Shown here in pieces: positions 10,277 through 19,091 of a stretch of DNA of 64,000 nt. Origin of the DNA: Polyangiales bacterium (GTDB lineage Bacteria; Myxococcota_A; Polyangia; Polyangiales; JADJQN01). The stretch spans positions 512,001 through 576,000 of the forward strand of contig CAXNJO010000003.1 of NCBI GenBank assembly GCA_964202905.1, given 5' to 3'. The translations under genes and the position numbers were made by a program. The stretch's first letter is position 1. Each line of letters starts with the position of its first letter. The notes under the pieces were generated by a model, which saw only the letters and a program-made list of their open reading frames with translations, made no database searches and had not been told where the DNA came from.

Positions 10277-10292
10277 TGCAATCGGGGTGCCC
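10277..10292 (-). promoter_or_regulatory. Putative sigma54 promoter of the vWA lipoprotein cluster
   Basis: Minus strand GGGCAC-CCCGA-TTGCA versus consensus TGGCAC-N5-TTGCA (1 mismatch), 71 nt from the ATG at 10206. Confidence 0.55.
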
Positions 10293-10474
10293 TCACCACA
10301 AGCGCCCCGTGAGGCGGGTTTCGCTCCGCAGCGGCGTGCCAGCGTGTGCCAGTCGCACCGCCCCGCCACTCGACCGCGACGGCGCGCCCGACATGGCGCG
10401 GTTTGACAACGCGTCCATCTGCCACTACGCGGGGCGCGACGCGTGGAATCGCCACGCACGGAGACACGACGACG

Positions 10475-11146
10475 ATGACGAAGACGGCGACCCTCTCGGG
10501 TCTGATGTTGACGGCGATGATGACCCTGGGCCTCGTGGCGGGGTGTGGCCCCAACTACCCGCTTTGCGGCGAAGACAGCGACTGTCACTCCGGCGAGTAC
10601 TGCGTGAACGGGCGCTGCCAGATCTGCCGCAGCGACGCCGATTGCGGCGCGGGAGAATCCTGCGCGTCCGGGCGCTGCGAGGCGACACCCGGCTATTGCG
10701 CGAGCAGCGACCAGTGCGCGAGCGGCGAAGAATGCCGCGCGAACCGCTGCGTGCGCGCGGCCTCGATCCAGTCGGAGCTGCCGACGCCCCCCGGAAACGA
10801 GCCCACGCCGCCGGCGCTCTCGTGCGACGTGCCGGCCGTGTACTTCGAGTTCGAGTCCAACGAGCTCTCGTCCTCCACGCGCGACCAACTCCAGACCGTC
10901 GCCCGCTGCGCGCGCGAGCGCAATTACGGACGCCTGCACCTGACGGGCGGCTGCGATCCCCGCGGCACCGAGGAGTACAACCTCGCGCTCGGCGACCGCC
11001 GTGCGCGCGCGGTGCGCGAATTCCTCCGCTCGCTCGGCATCGAGGCCAACAAGCTGAGCGTCTCCTCGAATGGTGAAGAGTACGCGCGCGGCGAGGACGA
11101 GAGCGGCTGGGCGCGCGACCGGAACGTGACGATCGAGGTCCGGTGA
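10475..11146 (+). CDS. pal: OmpA/Pal-family peptidoglycan-associated lipoprotein with three N-terminal Cys-rich repeats
   Basis: Lipobox VAGC. VYFEFESNEL, GGCDPRGTEEYNLALGDRRA, SNGEE, WARDRNV match the OmpA_C/Pal domain. Directly followed by cpoB. Confidence 0.85.
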   Translation: MTKTATLSGLMLTAMMTLGLVAGCGPNYPLCGEDSDCHSGEYCVNGRCQICRSDADCGAGESCASGRCEATPGYCASSDQCASGEECRANRCVRAASIQSELPTPPGNEPTPPALSCDVPAVYFEFESNELSSSTRDQLQTVARCARERNYGRLHLTGGCDPRGTEEYNLALGDRRARAVREFLRSLGIEANKLSVSSNGEEYARGEDESGWARDRNVTIEVR

Positions 11147-12018
11147 GCGGCGCGGGGCCGGGGCGCGTCGCCGCCTCGCTGGTGGCCGTCTCGGCCCTCG
11201 CTTCGCTGTCCCTCGCGGCGGGCTGTCTCTGGACGAGCCACGGCGAGGGCCGAAAACTCCACGCGCTCACGATCGAGCACGGGCAGCGGCTGACGAAGCT
11301 CGAATCCGGCGTGCGCAACGAGCGCGAGACGCTCCACGCCGCCGTGAGCAGCGCGCAGACGAAAGTGCAGCAGCTCGAGGAGGTCCTCGAACGCGCGACC
11401 GCCGTCGTCACGCGCAACAGCGCGGACACGGGCGCGCTCGTGCAGGAACTGCAAGCGCAGCTCGGCTCCCTCGAAGGCCAGATCGCCGAGCTTCGCAACA
11501 CGCAGGAGCAGCTCACGCGCCAGCTCTCCACGCAGCGCTCCGAGATGGACGAACGGATCACGCAGGTCGCGCGCAAGGCCGGCATCGACATGCCGCTGCC
11601 GCCCGCCGAGATCCCCGCTGAAAAAGTCGACCACTTCGCCGCCGCGACGCGCGCCTACCAGGCCAGCGATTACTCGCGCGCCCGCGCGCTTTTCCGCGAG
11701 TACCTCGCGCGCTACGCCGGCGACGCCGAGAGCGACGACGCGCAGTACTGGATCGGCGCGAGCTACCTCCAAGAGGGGAAACCCGCGACCGCATTGGGTG
11801 AACTCCGCAAGGTCCTCTCCGACCACGGCGGCGGCGACGCCGTCGACAACGCGCTGCTCGACATGGGCGACGCGTTCTTCCGCCTGCACGCGTGCACGGA
11901 CGCGCGCACGACGCTCGAGGCGCTCATCCGCACCCAACCCACGTCGCCGCTGCTCGCCCGTGCACGCGAGAAGCTGCGAGAAATTCAGCGCGCGCCGCGC
12001 GGTTCCTGCTCCTCGTGA
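11143..12018 (+). CDS. cpoB: Tol-Pal associated coiled-coil/TPR protein (YbgF/CpoB-like)
   Basis: GTGA overlap with pal, lipobox AAGC, N-terminal coiled coil, C-terminal TPRs (DDAQYWIGASY, DNALLDMG). Confidence 0.8.
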   Translation: MSGAGPGRVAASLVAVSALASLSLAAGCLWTSHGEGRKLHALTIEHGQRLTKLESGVRNERETLHAAVSSAQTKVQQLEEVLERATAVVTRNSADTGALVQELQAQLGSLEGQIAELRNTQEQLTRQLSTQRSEMDERITQVARKAGIDMPLPPAEIPAEKVDHFAAATRAYQASDYSRARALFREYLARYAGDAESDDAQYWIGASYLQEGKPATALGELRKVLSDHGGGDAVDNALLDMGDAFFRLHACTDARTTLEALIRTQPTSPLLARAREKLREIQRAPRGSCSS

Positions 12019-12076
12019 TCGCGGGGGCCGCCGGTGGGCCGCGACGGACGTACCGCGTCGCCCTCGACCGCGCGGC

Positions 12077-12709
12077 TCAGCGCGCGAGTTCCCGGGCGTC
12101 GCGTTCGAGTCCCGCCAACGACGCCGTGTCGAGGGCGTAGAGACCGCGCGCCCGTCCTTCGGCATCGACGAGCAGCAAGCGGCCCGTGTGGACGATGTCC
12201 CAGGCACCGTCCGCGCGCGGCTCGCGTCCGCCGACCGGCTGCAGCAGCCCGCCCTCGATGACGCCGCGTACCGTCGCCGGGTCGCCCCCGAGAAACGACC
12301 AGCGCGAGAAGTCCGCGCGGTGCCGCTCACCGAAGGCGCGCAGCACGGGTGGGGTGTCGTGCTCGGGGTCGACGGTGAACGACACGAAGCGCATCGCGGG
12401 GACGTCCGCGAGGCGCCGCGCGACGTTGCCCTGCTGCGCCGTGATCATCGGACAGATCGTCTTGCAGGTCGTGAAGACGAACGCGCCGATCCAGGGGTGA
12501 CCGCGCAACGCACTCGAGGTGAAGGTGCGCCCGTCCTGATCGACGAGCGAGAACGGTCGCACCGCGAAGAGCACCGGCGGCCCATCCGCCCCGCCGTACG
12601 CGCGGCCCCCGGCGAACACGGCGAGCGCGAGCGCGGCGACCGCACTCAAACTCCACACCGCGATCCGCAGCCTCGACATCGCGGACGCCGGGGCGCGCTC
12701 AGACGGCAT
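12077..12709 (-). CDS. SCO family copper chaperone
   Basis: FTTCKTICP (CxxxC), SFTVDPEHDTP, IVHTGRLLLVD. Alternative start at 12679. Confidence 0.93.
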   Translation of the reverse strand: MPSERAPASAMSRLRIAVWSLSAVAALALAVFAGGRAYGGADGPPVLFAVRPFSLVDQDGRTFTSSALRGHPWIGAFVFTTCKTICPMITAQQGNVARRLADVPAMRFVSFTVDPEHDTPPVLRAFGERHRADFSRWSFLGGDPATVRGVIEGGLLQPVGGREPRADGAWDIVHTGRLLLVDAEGRARGLYALDTASLAGLERDARELAR

Positions 12710-13583
12710 CCGCGACCATCGCGGCGAAGAGCAGCGTGAGGTACACGAGCGAGACCCCGAAGACGCGGCGCGCCCAGCCGGTATCCGGCCCCTTCGCGCG
12801 CAGCCCCACCACGCACACGCCCACGAACACGAGCCCGAGCAGGACTGCGCTCGCGAGGTAGAGGCTCCCCGTCACGCCGAGCGGCGTGAGAACGAGCGAC
12901 GCCGGTACGAGCGCGACGCACCACGCGACCATGTGGGCCTTCGCCGTCGGCACGCCGAGGACCGCCGGTAACACACGGATCCCCGCGCGCTCGTACTCAG
13001 CCTGACGGAACACGGCGATCGCTATGAAATGGGGGATCTGCCAGAGGAAGAGCACCGCGAAGAGCGCCAACCCGGGCAGTTCGACCGCGCCCGTCGCCGC
13101 CGTCCACCCCATGAGCGGCGGCATCGCGCCCGGCACCGCGCCGACGAGCAGCGCGAGCCAGGTCCGCTGCTTCAGCGGCGTGTACATCCACACGTACGAG
13201 ACGAGCGCGACCGCCCCGAGCACGCCGGTGACCGGATTGACGAGCAGCGCGAGCACCGGCACCGAGACCGCCCCGAGCGTCAGACCGAACCCGAGCGCGA
13301 GGCGCGGATCGAGGCGCCCGGCGGGAAGCGGCCGCGTGCGCGTCCGCGTCATCTCCCGGTCACTGACGCGCTCCATCCAGCAGTTGAGCGCGTTCGCGCT
13401 CATCACCACCGCGGCGATCGCGAGGACCGCGACGAGCGCACCCACCGGAGCGGGCGTCCCGGGCGCGAGCCACAGCCCTCCGGCCGAGGTCGCGATCACG
13501 AGGAACGTGATGCGCGGCTTCGTCAAGGCGACGAGGTCTCGCAGCGTCCCGGCGAGCGATCCGTGGGCGTGCAGCGTGGTCAT
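12699..13583 (-). CDS. cyoE: Heme O synthase (protoheme IX farnesyltransferase)
   Basis: LTKPRI, DREMTRTRTRPLPAGR, YTPLKQRT, GAMPPLMGW, WQIPHF. Confidence 0.96.
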   Translation of the reverse strand: MTTLHAHGSLAGTLRDLVALTKPRITFLVIATSAGGLWLAPGTPAPVGALVAVLAIAAVVMSANALNCWMERVSDREMTRTRTRPLPAGRLDPRLALGFGLTLGAVSVPVLALLVNPVTGVLGAVALVSYVWMYTPLKQRTWLALLVGAVPGAMPPLMGWTAATGAVELPGLALFAVLFLWQIPHFIAIAVFRQAEYERAGIRVLPAVLGVPTAKAHMVAWCVALVPASLVLTPLGVTGSLYLASAVLLGLVFVGVCVVGLRAKGPDTGWARRVFGVSLVYLTLLFAAMVADAV

Positions 13584-13693
13584 GGGATGTGTGCGGCGAC
13601 GCGGACCGATGACGAAACTCGGTCTCCGCCCGGACAGCGCGGGGGGCGGCGCGCGGCGGTATTTAGATGCGCGCTCGCGCGACGGTCAAGGCG

Positions 13694-14845
13694 TCACTTG
13701 AGCAGCAGCGCGGCGACGAGCGCCATGCCACCGGCCATCGCGAGGAGCGCGGCGAGCACGAGCACGACGTACGGCGCACGCGAGGCGGGAAGGTGCACCG
13801 GCTCGTCGAGGTCGCGGGCGCTCGCAGGCGCCCCCGCGGGGCCGGGGCTGCGACGCGCCTGCGCCTCCTGCGGCGGCAGCGGTCCGCGGAGCTGCCCGCG
13901 CCGCTGCATCTGCTCGGCCTCACGCCGCGCCGCATCGACGGGCAGCGCGCGCAGCGCCCCGGTCATGACCTTGCCCTGCATGACCTCCTTGAGCATCAGG
14001 GCGAAGTCGCCCGCACTCACGGGACGGTCCTCGGGGCGCTTCGCGAGGCAGTGCTGGAGGACCTCGTCGAGCCCCGGCGGAAACTCGCGCGACGGCGCGC
14101 GGTCGCCGAGGCGCATCGGCGCCGTCTGGATGTGATGCGTGATGTAGTCCATCGGCTGCTTCGCCTCGAAGGGCAGCTTGCCGGTGAGCATCTCGAAGAG
14201 GATGCAGGCGAGCGAATAGATGTCGCTCCGCGCGTCGAGCGTCTTCCCCTGCGCCTGCTCGGGCGACATGAACTCGGGCGTCCCGAAGACCATGCCCTCC
14301 TGCGTGAGGATGAGCGAACCCGGCCGCATCTCACGCTCGCTGACCTTCGCGAGCCCGAAATCGAGCACCTTGGGGAAGTCCAGGATGCCGCCCTGCGTGC
14401 AGAGAAAGACGTTCTCGGGCTTCAGGTCCCGGTGGACGATCCCCGCGCGGTGCGCCTCCTCGAGCGCGCCGCAGACCTGGATCATGATGTTGATCGCCCG
14501 CGCCGTCTCGAAGGGCCCGTGCGCCTTCACGTGCTGCGCGAGGTTCATCCCCGAGAGATGCTCCATCACGATGTAGCAAGCGTTGTCCTCGAGCTGCCCG
14601 TAGAGAAACACCCGCGCGGTGTTCGGGTGCGAGAGGTGGCTCATCGCCCGCGCCTCGCGGCGGAACCGCGCGACCAGGTCGGGGCGCGAGACGTACTTCG
14701 GATGCAGGATCTTGATCGCGACGAAGCGATTCATGTCCGGCTGCTCGGCCCGATAGACCGAGCCCATCCCGCCTGCGCCGATGCGATCGACGATGCGGAA
14801 CTGTCCGGCAATGTCCTGGCCGATGTACGGATCCCTCGGGCGCAC
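13694..14845 (-). CDS. Hanks-type Ser/Thr protein kinase with C-terminal transmembrane anchor
   Basis: GAGGMG, VAIK, HRDLKPEN, DFG, GTPEFMSPEQ. GTG start after a GGAG RBS; hydrophobic C-terminus. Confidence 0.93.
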   Translation of the reverse strand: MRPRDPYIGQDIAGQFRIVDRIGAGGMGSVYRAEQPDMNRFVAIKILHPKYVSRPDLVARFRREARAMSHLSHPNTARVFLYGQLEDNACYIVMEHLSGMNLAQHVKAHGPFETARAINIMIQVCGALEEAHRAGIVHRDLKPENVFLCTQGGILDFPKVLDFGLAKVSEREMRPGSLILTQEGMVFGTPEFMSPEQAQGKTLDARSDIYSLACILFEMLTGKLPFEAKQPMDYITHHIQTAPMRLGDRAPSREFPPGLDEVLQHCLAKRPEDRPVSAGDFALMLKEVMQGKVMTGALRALPVDAARREAEQMQRRGQLRGPLPPQEAQARRSPGPAGAPASARDLDEPVHLPASRAPYVVLVLAALLAMAGGMALVAALLLK

Positions 14846-14970
14846 GCGCGTCGTTCTCCCTGGCCGCCCGGCGGAGGCGCGCCCCGCAGGGTCTATCCCG
14901 GCCACCCTGACAGCGGGCGAGCATACCACCGCCCGGCAACCGCGAGGGACGCCGTTCGACAAGCGTCCCC

Positions 14971-15666
14971 ATGTCGACCACGACGCACACACGCAACGCG
15001 CCCCCGACGCCGTCCCCCCGCCCCCCACCCACCACGCCAACCCTCCGCCGCGGCGCGCTCGCACCGAACGGACCGCGGCAGTTCGAGCGGAGCGCGCGCT
15101 TCGCGGAGCACCTCGCGCAGGCGGGGCGCGCCGCGGAGGCGGCCCATCCGCGCGCGACGTCCGGCACCACCCCTGGCGGCGCGGCGACCGGGCCGGCGCG
15201 ACGCGACCCCCCCCCGCACGGGTCCGGCGACACGCACGGTTCACCGGCCAAGCCCCGCCTGCGCGCAGGCGCGAGCGACATCGAGCGGGCCGATCCCACG
15301 CTGCTCGCGCCGTTCCTCCCGCCACCGTCCGTGCTCGCGCTTCCCGTGACGGCCGCAGGCGCCGGCACCCCGGCAGCCCCGCGTCGCGCGCCGACGCACG
15401 AGTTGTCCGCGCTCGCCGAGCGCCTGCTGCATTCGATGCGAGTCGGGCAGATCGGCCGCGACGGCCACGAGGTGAGGCTCCGCCTCGGCGTCGGAGCGCG
15501 CGAGGACATCGAGGTCCGACTGCGCCGCGTCGATGGTGCGCTCGCGGCCATGGTCTTCGGTGAGCGCGTCGATCGTGCCGAGGTCGAACGCCTCGCCGAC
15601 GCGCTCCGCGCAGAGCTCGCGGCGCGCGGCGTCGCCTGCGAATCGGTCTCGGTCGAACTCGCCTGA
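14971..15666 (+). CDS. Low-complexity protein with FliK/SctP (length-ruler)-like C-terminal domain
   Basis: Pro/Ala/Thr-rich N-terminus, then HEVRLRL...DIEVRLRRVDGALAAMVF...LADALRAELAARGV, a FliK_C/T3S4-like pattern. Sits upstream of an SctQ-like gene. Confidence 0.55.
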   Translation: MSTTTHTRNAPPTPSPRPPPTTPTLRRGALAPNGPRQFERSARFAEHLAQAGRAAEAAHPRATSGTTPGGAATGPARRDPPPHGSGDTHGSPAKPRLRAGASDIERADPTLLAPFLPPPSVLALPVTAAGAGTPAAPRRAPTHELSALAERLLHSMRVGQIGRDGHEVRLRLGVGAREDIEVRLRRVDGALAAMVFGERVDRAEVERLADALRAELAARGVACESVSVELA

Positions 15667-15847
15667 CCGCCGTGACATCGCGTCCCGCCGACCCCTGCGG
15701 CGCATTGCACGGCCCGCACGAGGCCAATGCGCGCGCGGGTCGCCAACCCGCAGCCGCGACGACGCCCTTCGCACTGCGCGAAAGAACGCGCCGCGGCACG
15801 TTCGCCCGTTGATCGAGCGCCCCGCGATCGTGTAGATCGCACACGTC

Positions 15848-16975
15848 TTGGAAATCTCGGATTTCCCATTCTCGCGGCTGCCGGCGCTGTCCCGGAGCGC
15901 TTGCGCCGAGCTGCGGCGGGCAGCACGTCGCCTCCCGCTCGACGCGCCCGAGGCCGCGATCGCCCAGCTCACCTCGCTGCTCGGCGCGCCGCTCGTCTTC
16001 GAGCCCGCACCTCTCGAGGTCTGCCCACCGGGGGCCCTCGCGGCGTGCGTCTCCGATCCACTCGTCGCCGTGATCCTCGAGACGGGTGTCGATTTGCGCG
16101 CGCCGCGCCTCGCGGTCGAGATCGACGCACGGCTCGCCGCGTGTCTCGTCGACCGCGCCCTCGGCGGCGAGGCCGGCCCCTCGATCGTCCCTCCGCACCA
16201 TCCCCTCTCCGACGTCGCCTGCGGTGTCCTCGGCTACGTCGCCGCGCGGGCCCTCGGCGCCTGCGCCCCGGCCGGCGCGCTCCGGGTGCGCGCGGTGATC
16301 ACGTCACCCGCCGCGCTCGGGCAGGCCGTGGGGGACGCAGGGAGCCTCGTGTGGCCTGCACGCGTGACGCTCGGCGAGGACGTCGGCGTCGTGCGCGCCT
16401 GGATCCCGGACGCCTCGCTCGTGCCTCCGTTGAACGAACATCGACGCGTGGCGAGCACAAGGCTCGCGTCGCTCTGCGTGACGCTCGCGCTCGAAGCCGG
16501 CGACGCGTCTCTTCGTCCCGACGAACTCGCCTCGCTCGGGCACGGCGACGTCGTCGTGTTCGAGCGCACGCGGCTCCGGCTGGAGAACGGCGCGCCTGCG
16601 GGCACCGCAGACGTGCGCGCCGTCGGTGCAGCCCGACCGCAATGGGAAGCCGCGTTGGCGAATGGTGACGCGCGGCTCGCCGGCCGCGCGCAGCAAGGAG
16701 ATGCACGAATGACACGCGACATGACGAACTCGGTTCCCCTGCACGCTGCGCTCGACCTCGTCGGCGATGCACCGATCGAGCTGCGCGTGGAGCTCGCGCG
16801 CGTCGCGCTCACGCTCTCGGAGTTGGCGGAGATGCGGCCGGGCGAGGTGCTCGTCACCGGGCGGCCGCTCGGCACGGAGGTCGTGTTGCGCGCCGGCGAT
16901 CGCGCCGTCGCGACGGGCGAGTTGGTCGACGTCGAGGGCGAGCTCGGTGTGCGCGTGCTGCGACTCGGCACCTGA
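15848..16975 (+). CDS. SctQ/YscQ (FliM/FliN, SpoA domain) family C-ring protein
   Basis: C-terminal IELRVELARVALTLSELAEMRPGEVL...VATGELVDVEGELGVRVLRL (SpoA/FliN). Upstream degenerate SpoA: LALEAGDASLRPDELASLGHGDVVVF. Confidence 0.85.
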   Translation: MEISDFPFSRLPALSRSACAELRRAARRLPLDAPEAAIAQLTSLLGAPLVFEPAPLEVCPPGALAACVSDPLVAVILETGVDLRAPRLAVEIDARLAACLVDRALGGEAGPSIVPPHHPLSDVACGVLGYVAARALGACAPAGALRVRAVITSPAALGQAVGDAGSLVWPARVTLGEDVGVVRAWIPDASLVPPLNEHRRVASTRLASLCVTLALEAGDASLRPDELASLGHGDVVVFERTRLRLENGAPAGTADVRAVGAARPQWEAALANGDARLAGRAQQGDARMTRDMTNSVPLHAALDLVGDAPIELRVELARVALTLSELAEMRPGEVLVTGRPLGTEVVLRAGDRAVATGELVDVEGELGVRVLRLGT

Positions 16976-17002
16976 CGCGCTCACCGCGTCGGGCGCCGCG
17001 CC

Positions 17003-17734
17003 TCAGTAATAGAGCGTCGCGCCGAGGAAGGGCGAGAGCAGAAGCTGCCCCCCCTCCAGGATGCCTTCTCCAAACGAGTTCTTGCCAACGGTCGAGAAGT
17101 CCGCGCGCACCCCCGCCTCGACCGCGAGATCCGCGCTGAGCTCGTACGCGACACCCGCCACGCCGCTCAGGCCGAGCGCGAGGTAATCGTTGTTCATCGT
17201 GATGAACGTGCCGTCGAGCGCGCGGTCGGAGCCCCAGAAATTGAGCTGCAGCCCCACACCGACGAACGGCACGAGCGCGCTCGCGTTGAGGAAGCTGTAG
17301 CGCACGCCCGCCCCCGCGAAGAAATTCGCGAAGGTGACGGGATCCGAACCGAGCACGCCGCCGTTCGCGTGGCCGCCCACCATCAGCTCCGCCGTGAACC
17401 CGCCCCCGAACTCCCAGCCGATCCGACCGACCAAGCCGAGCCCCGGGTCGATGCTGTCGAGGTTTTCGCGCGGCGTCGACAGGAAGATGGGCACCATGAG
17501 GTACGCGCCGTACTCGACGCCGCGGCCCTGCTGGGACTCTGCGTTTCCAGCGGATTCCGGGGTCGGCTGCGGTTGCGGCTGCGCGTACTGCGCGTTCGGA
17601 TCCCCGATGACTTGCGGCTGGCCGCTCGGGTCGACGTAACCGGGCTGACCGGGCTGCGGGCCCTCGGCGCGGACGACGGGCGCGGGAAGAATCACGAGAG
17701 CGACCACGATCCCGAGCACGTTCTGGATACGCAT
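17003..17734 (-). CDS. Outer-membrane beta-barrel protein (8-stranded OmpA-TM-like)
   Basis: Signal peptide, Gln/Pro linker, alternating beta strands (GAGVRYSF, PFVGVGLQL, AGVAYEL), aromatic C-terminus GATLYY. Confidence 0.8.
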   Translation of the reverse strand: MRIQNVLGIVVALVILPAPVVRAEGPQPGQPGYVDPSGQPQVIGDPNAQYAQPQPQPTPESAGNAESQQGRGVEYGAYLMVPIFLSTPRENLDSIDPGLGLVGRIGWEFGGGFTAELMVGGHANGGVLGSDPVTFANFFAGAGVRYSFLNASALVPFVGVGLQLNFWGSDRALDGTFITMNNDYLALGLSGVAGVAYELSADLAVEAGVRADFSTVGKNSFGEGILEGGQLLLSPFLGATLYY

Positions 17735-17772
17735 GTTGGGTTCTCCGTGGGCGCCACCCGGGCGCCCCCAAG

Positions 17773-18246
17773 TCAATCGACGATCGCGAAGCGCGCCTCG
17801 CGCCGTTCACCAGCGCGCAGGTACTCGATGGCGAGGGTGCTGGCGACCCGCAACCCCTCCCAGACTGCGAGCGCCTGCTCGGGCCGCTCGATGGCCTGAC
17901 CGTTGACGCGCACGACGACGTCACCGGGGCGCACCCCGAGGCCTTCCGTGTCGGGCACGGTCAGCGCATCCTCGATCGACACGACGCGAAAGCCGACGAA
18001 CGCGCCGCCTTCGCGCGCAGGCTCAGTCGCGACGCGCCCGAGGAAACGCCCGAGCCCCGCGTCGAGCACAGGAACGAGCGCGCTCCGCGCGAGGGTCAGA
18101 CGCCCCGTGGCCTCCGTCGCGTCCGGCGCCGGGTCCGACGCTGCCGCAACAGTCGGGGCGCGTGGCCCGGGCGCCGCACCACCGCATCCCGCGAGGGCGA
18201 GAAGCGACACGATCGCGAAGGGCGAAATGGGGGGCATTCGGCGCAT
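17773..18246 (-). CDS. PDZ-domain lipoprotein (GspC-PDZ-like)
   Basis: Lipobox LAGC; FVGFRVV, LGVRPGDVVVRVNGQAIERPEQA. Confidence 0.75.
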   Translation of the reverse strand: MRRMPPISPFAIVSLLALAGCGGAAPGPRAPTVAAASDPAPDATEATGRLTLARSALVPVLDAGLGRFLGRVATEPAREGGAFVGFRVVSIEDALTVPDTEGLGVRPGDVVVRVNGQAIERPEQALAVWEGLRVASTLAIEYLRAGERREARFAIVD

Positions 18247-18401
18247 CGTCGCTCCAGGCGCGCGCTTGGACGGGCGCGGCGCGCGATGATTTACATGCCA
18301 CCGCGCAGCCAGCGTCAATTTTGCGCACAGCGCGGTCCGCGTCGGGTGGGCGCCATCGCACCGCGAGGTTCGAGCCACGGGCGGCGCGCCGCCCGCGACC
18401 G

Positions 18402-19049
18402 TCACGCCGCGCGGACGTCCAGCGCGAGCGCGAGGATCTCGGCCGCGACGACGTCGGCGTCACGGTGCGCGTCGACGTGAACGATGCGCTCGCCCGGGAA
18501 ATACCCCTCGATCGTCGCGTAGAACGCGACGAGGCGCGCCTGGAGCGCGTCCTCCTCGTAGAGTTCGTCCTGCGTGCCGCGGGCGCGGCGCCGTGCGCGC
18601 GTCACGTCTACGGGAACGTCGAGGACGATCGTGAGGTCGGGCCGCCGCGCTTGCCCGTTGATGGCCCGAATCCACGCGCGCGTCGCGTCGTCGCCGCCCG
18701 CCGAGAGCGACTGGTACGCGAGCGACGAATGCACGTAGCGGTCGCTCAGGACGACCATGCCATCCCGCACGTTCGGGTCGATCTCCGCCTCGAGGTGGTC
18801 GAGTCGATCGGCGGCGAACAGCAGCGCGAGCGTGCCCCACGAGGGTGGCCGCGGCCCGCTAATGCCCGGCACGACGAGACGTCCCGAGAGCATCTGCCGG
18901 ATCATCACGCCGATCGGTCCGTCGCTCGGCTCCCGCGTCGCGCGCACCGCGCGGCCGCGCGCGCGGAGCGCCTCGGTGAGCAGGCGCGTGTGGGTCGTCG
19001 TCCCGGCGCCGTCGACGCCCTCGAGCACGATGAAACAGCCATCATTCAT
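18402..19049 (-). CDS. tmk: Thymidylate kinase
   Basis: FIVLEGVDGAGTTT P-loop, TREP, LLFAADR, LSDRYVHSSLAYQ. Confidence 0.96.
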   Translation of the reverse strand: MNDGCFIVLEGVDGAGTTTHTRLLTEALRARGRAVRATREPSDGPIGVMIRQMLSGRLVVPGISGPRPPSWGTLALLFAADRLDHLEAEIDPNVRDGMVVLSDRYVHSSLAYQSLSAGGDDATRAWIRAINGQARRPDLTIVLDVPVDVTRARRRARGTQDELYEEDALQARLVAFYATIEGYFPGERIVHVDAHRDADVVAAEILALALDVRAA

Positions 19050-19091
19050 GAGCGCAGCGTCTCCGGGGCAGGGTGGGCGACGACGCGCCGT

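Noticed and set aside
10328..10353. TGGCAC motifs as sigma54 -24 boxes
   Set aside because: GG-to-GC spacing is 9 rather than 10. Kept only as a tandem repeat.
14846..16201. Long N-terminal extension of the kinase ORF 13694..16201
   Set aside because: Overlaps plus-strand genes and has shadow-like composition. An RBS plus GTG at 14845 is a better start.
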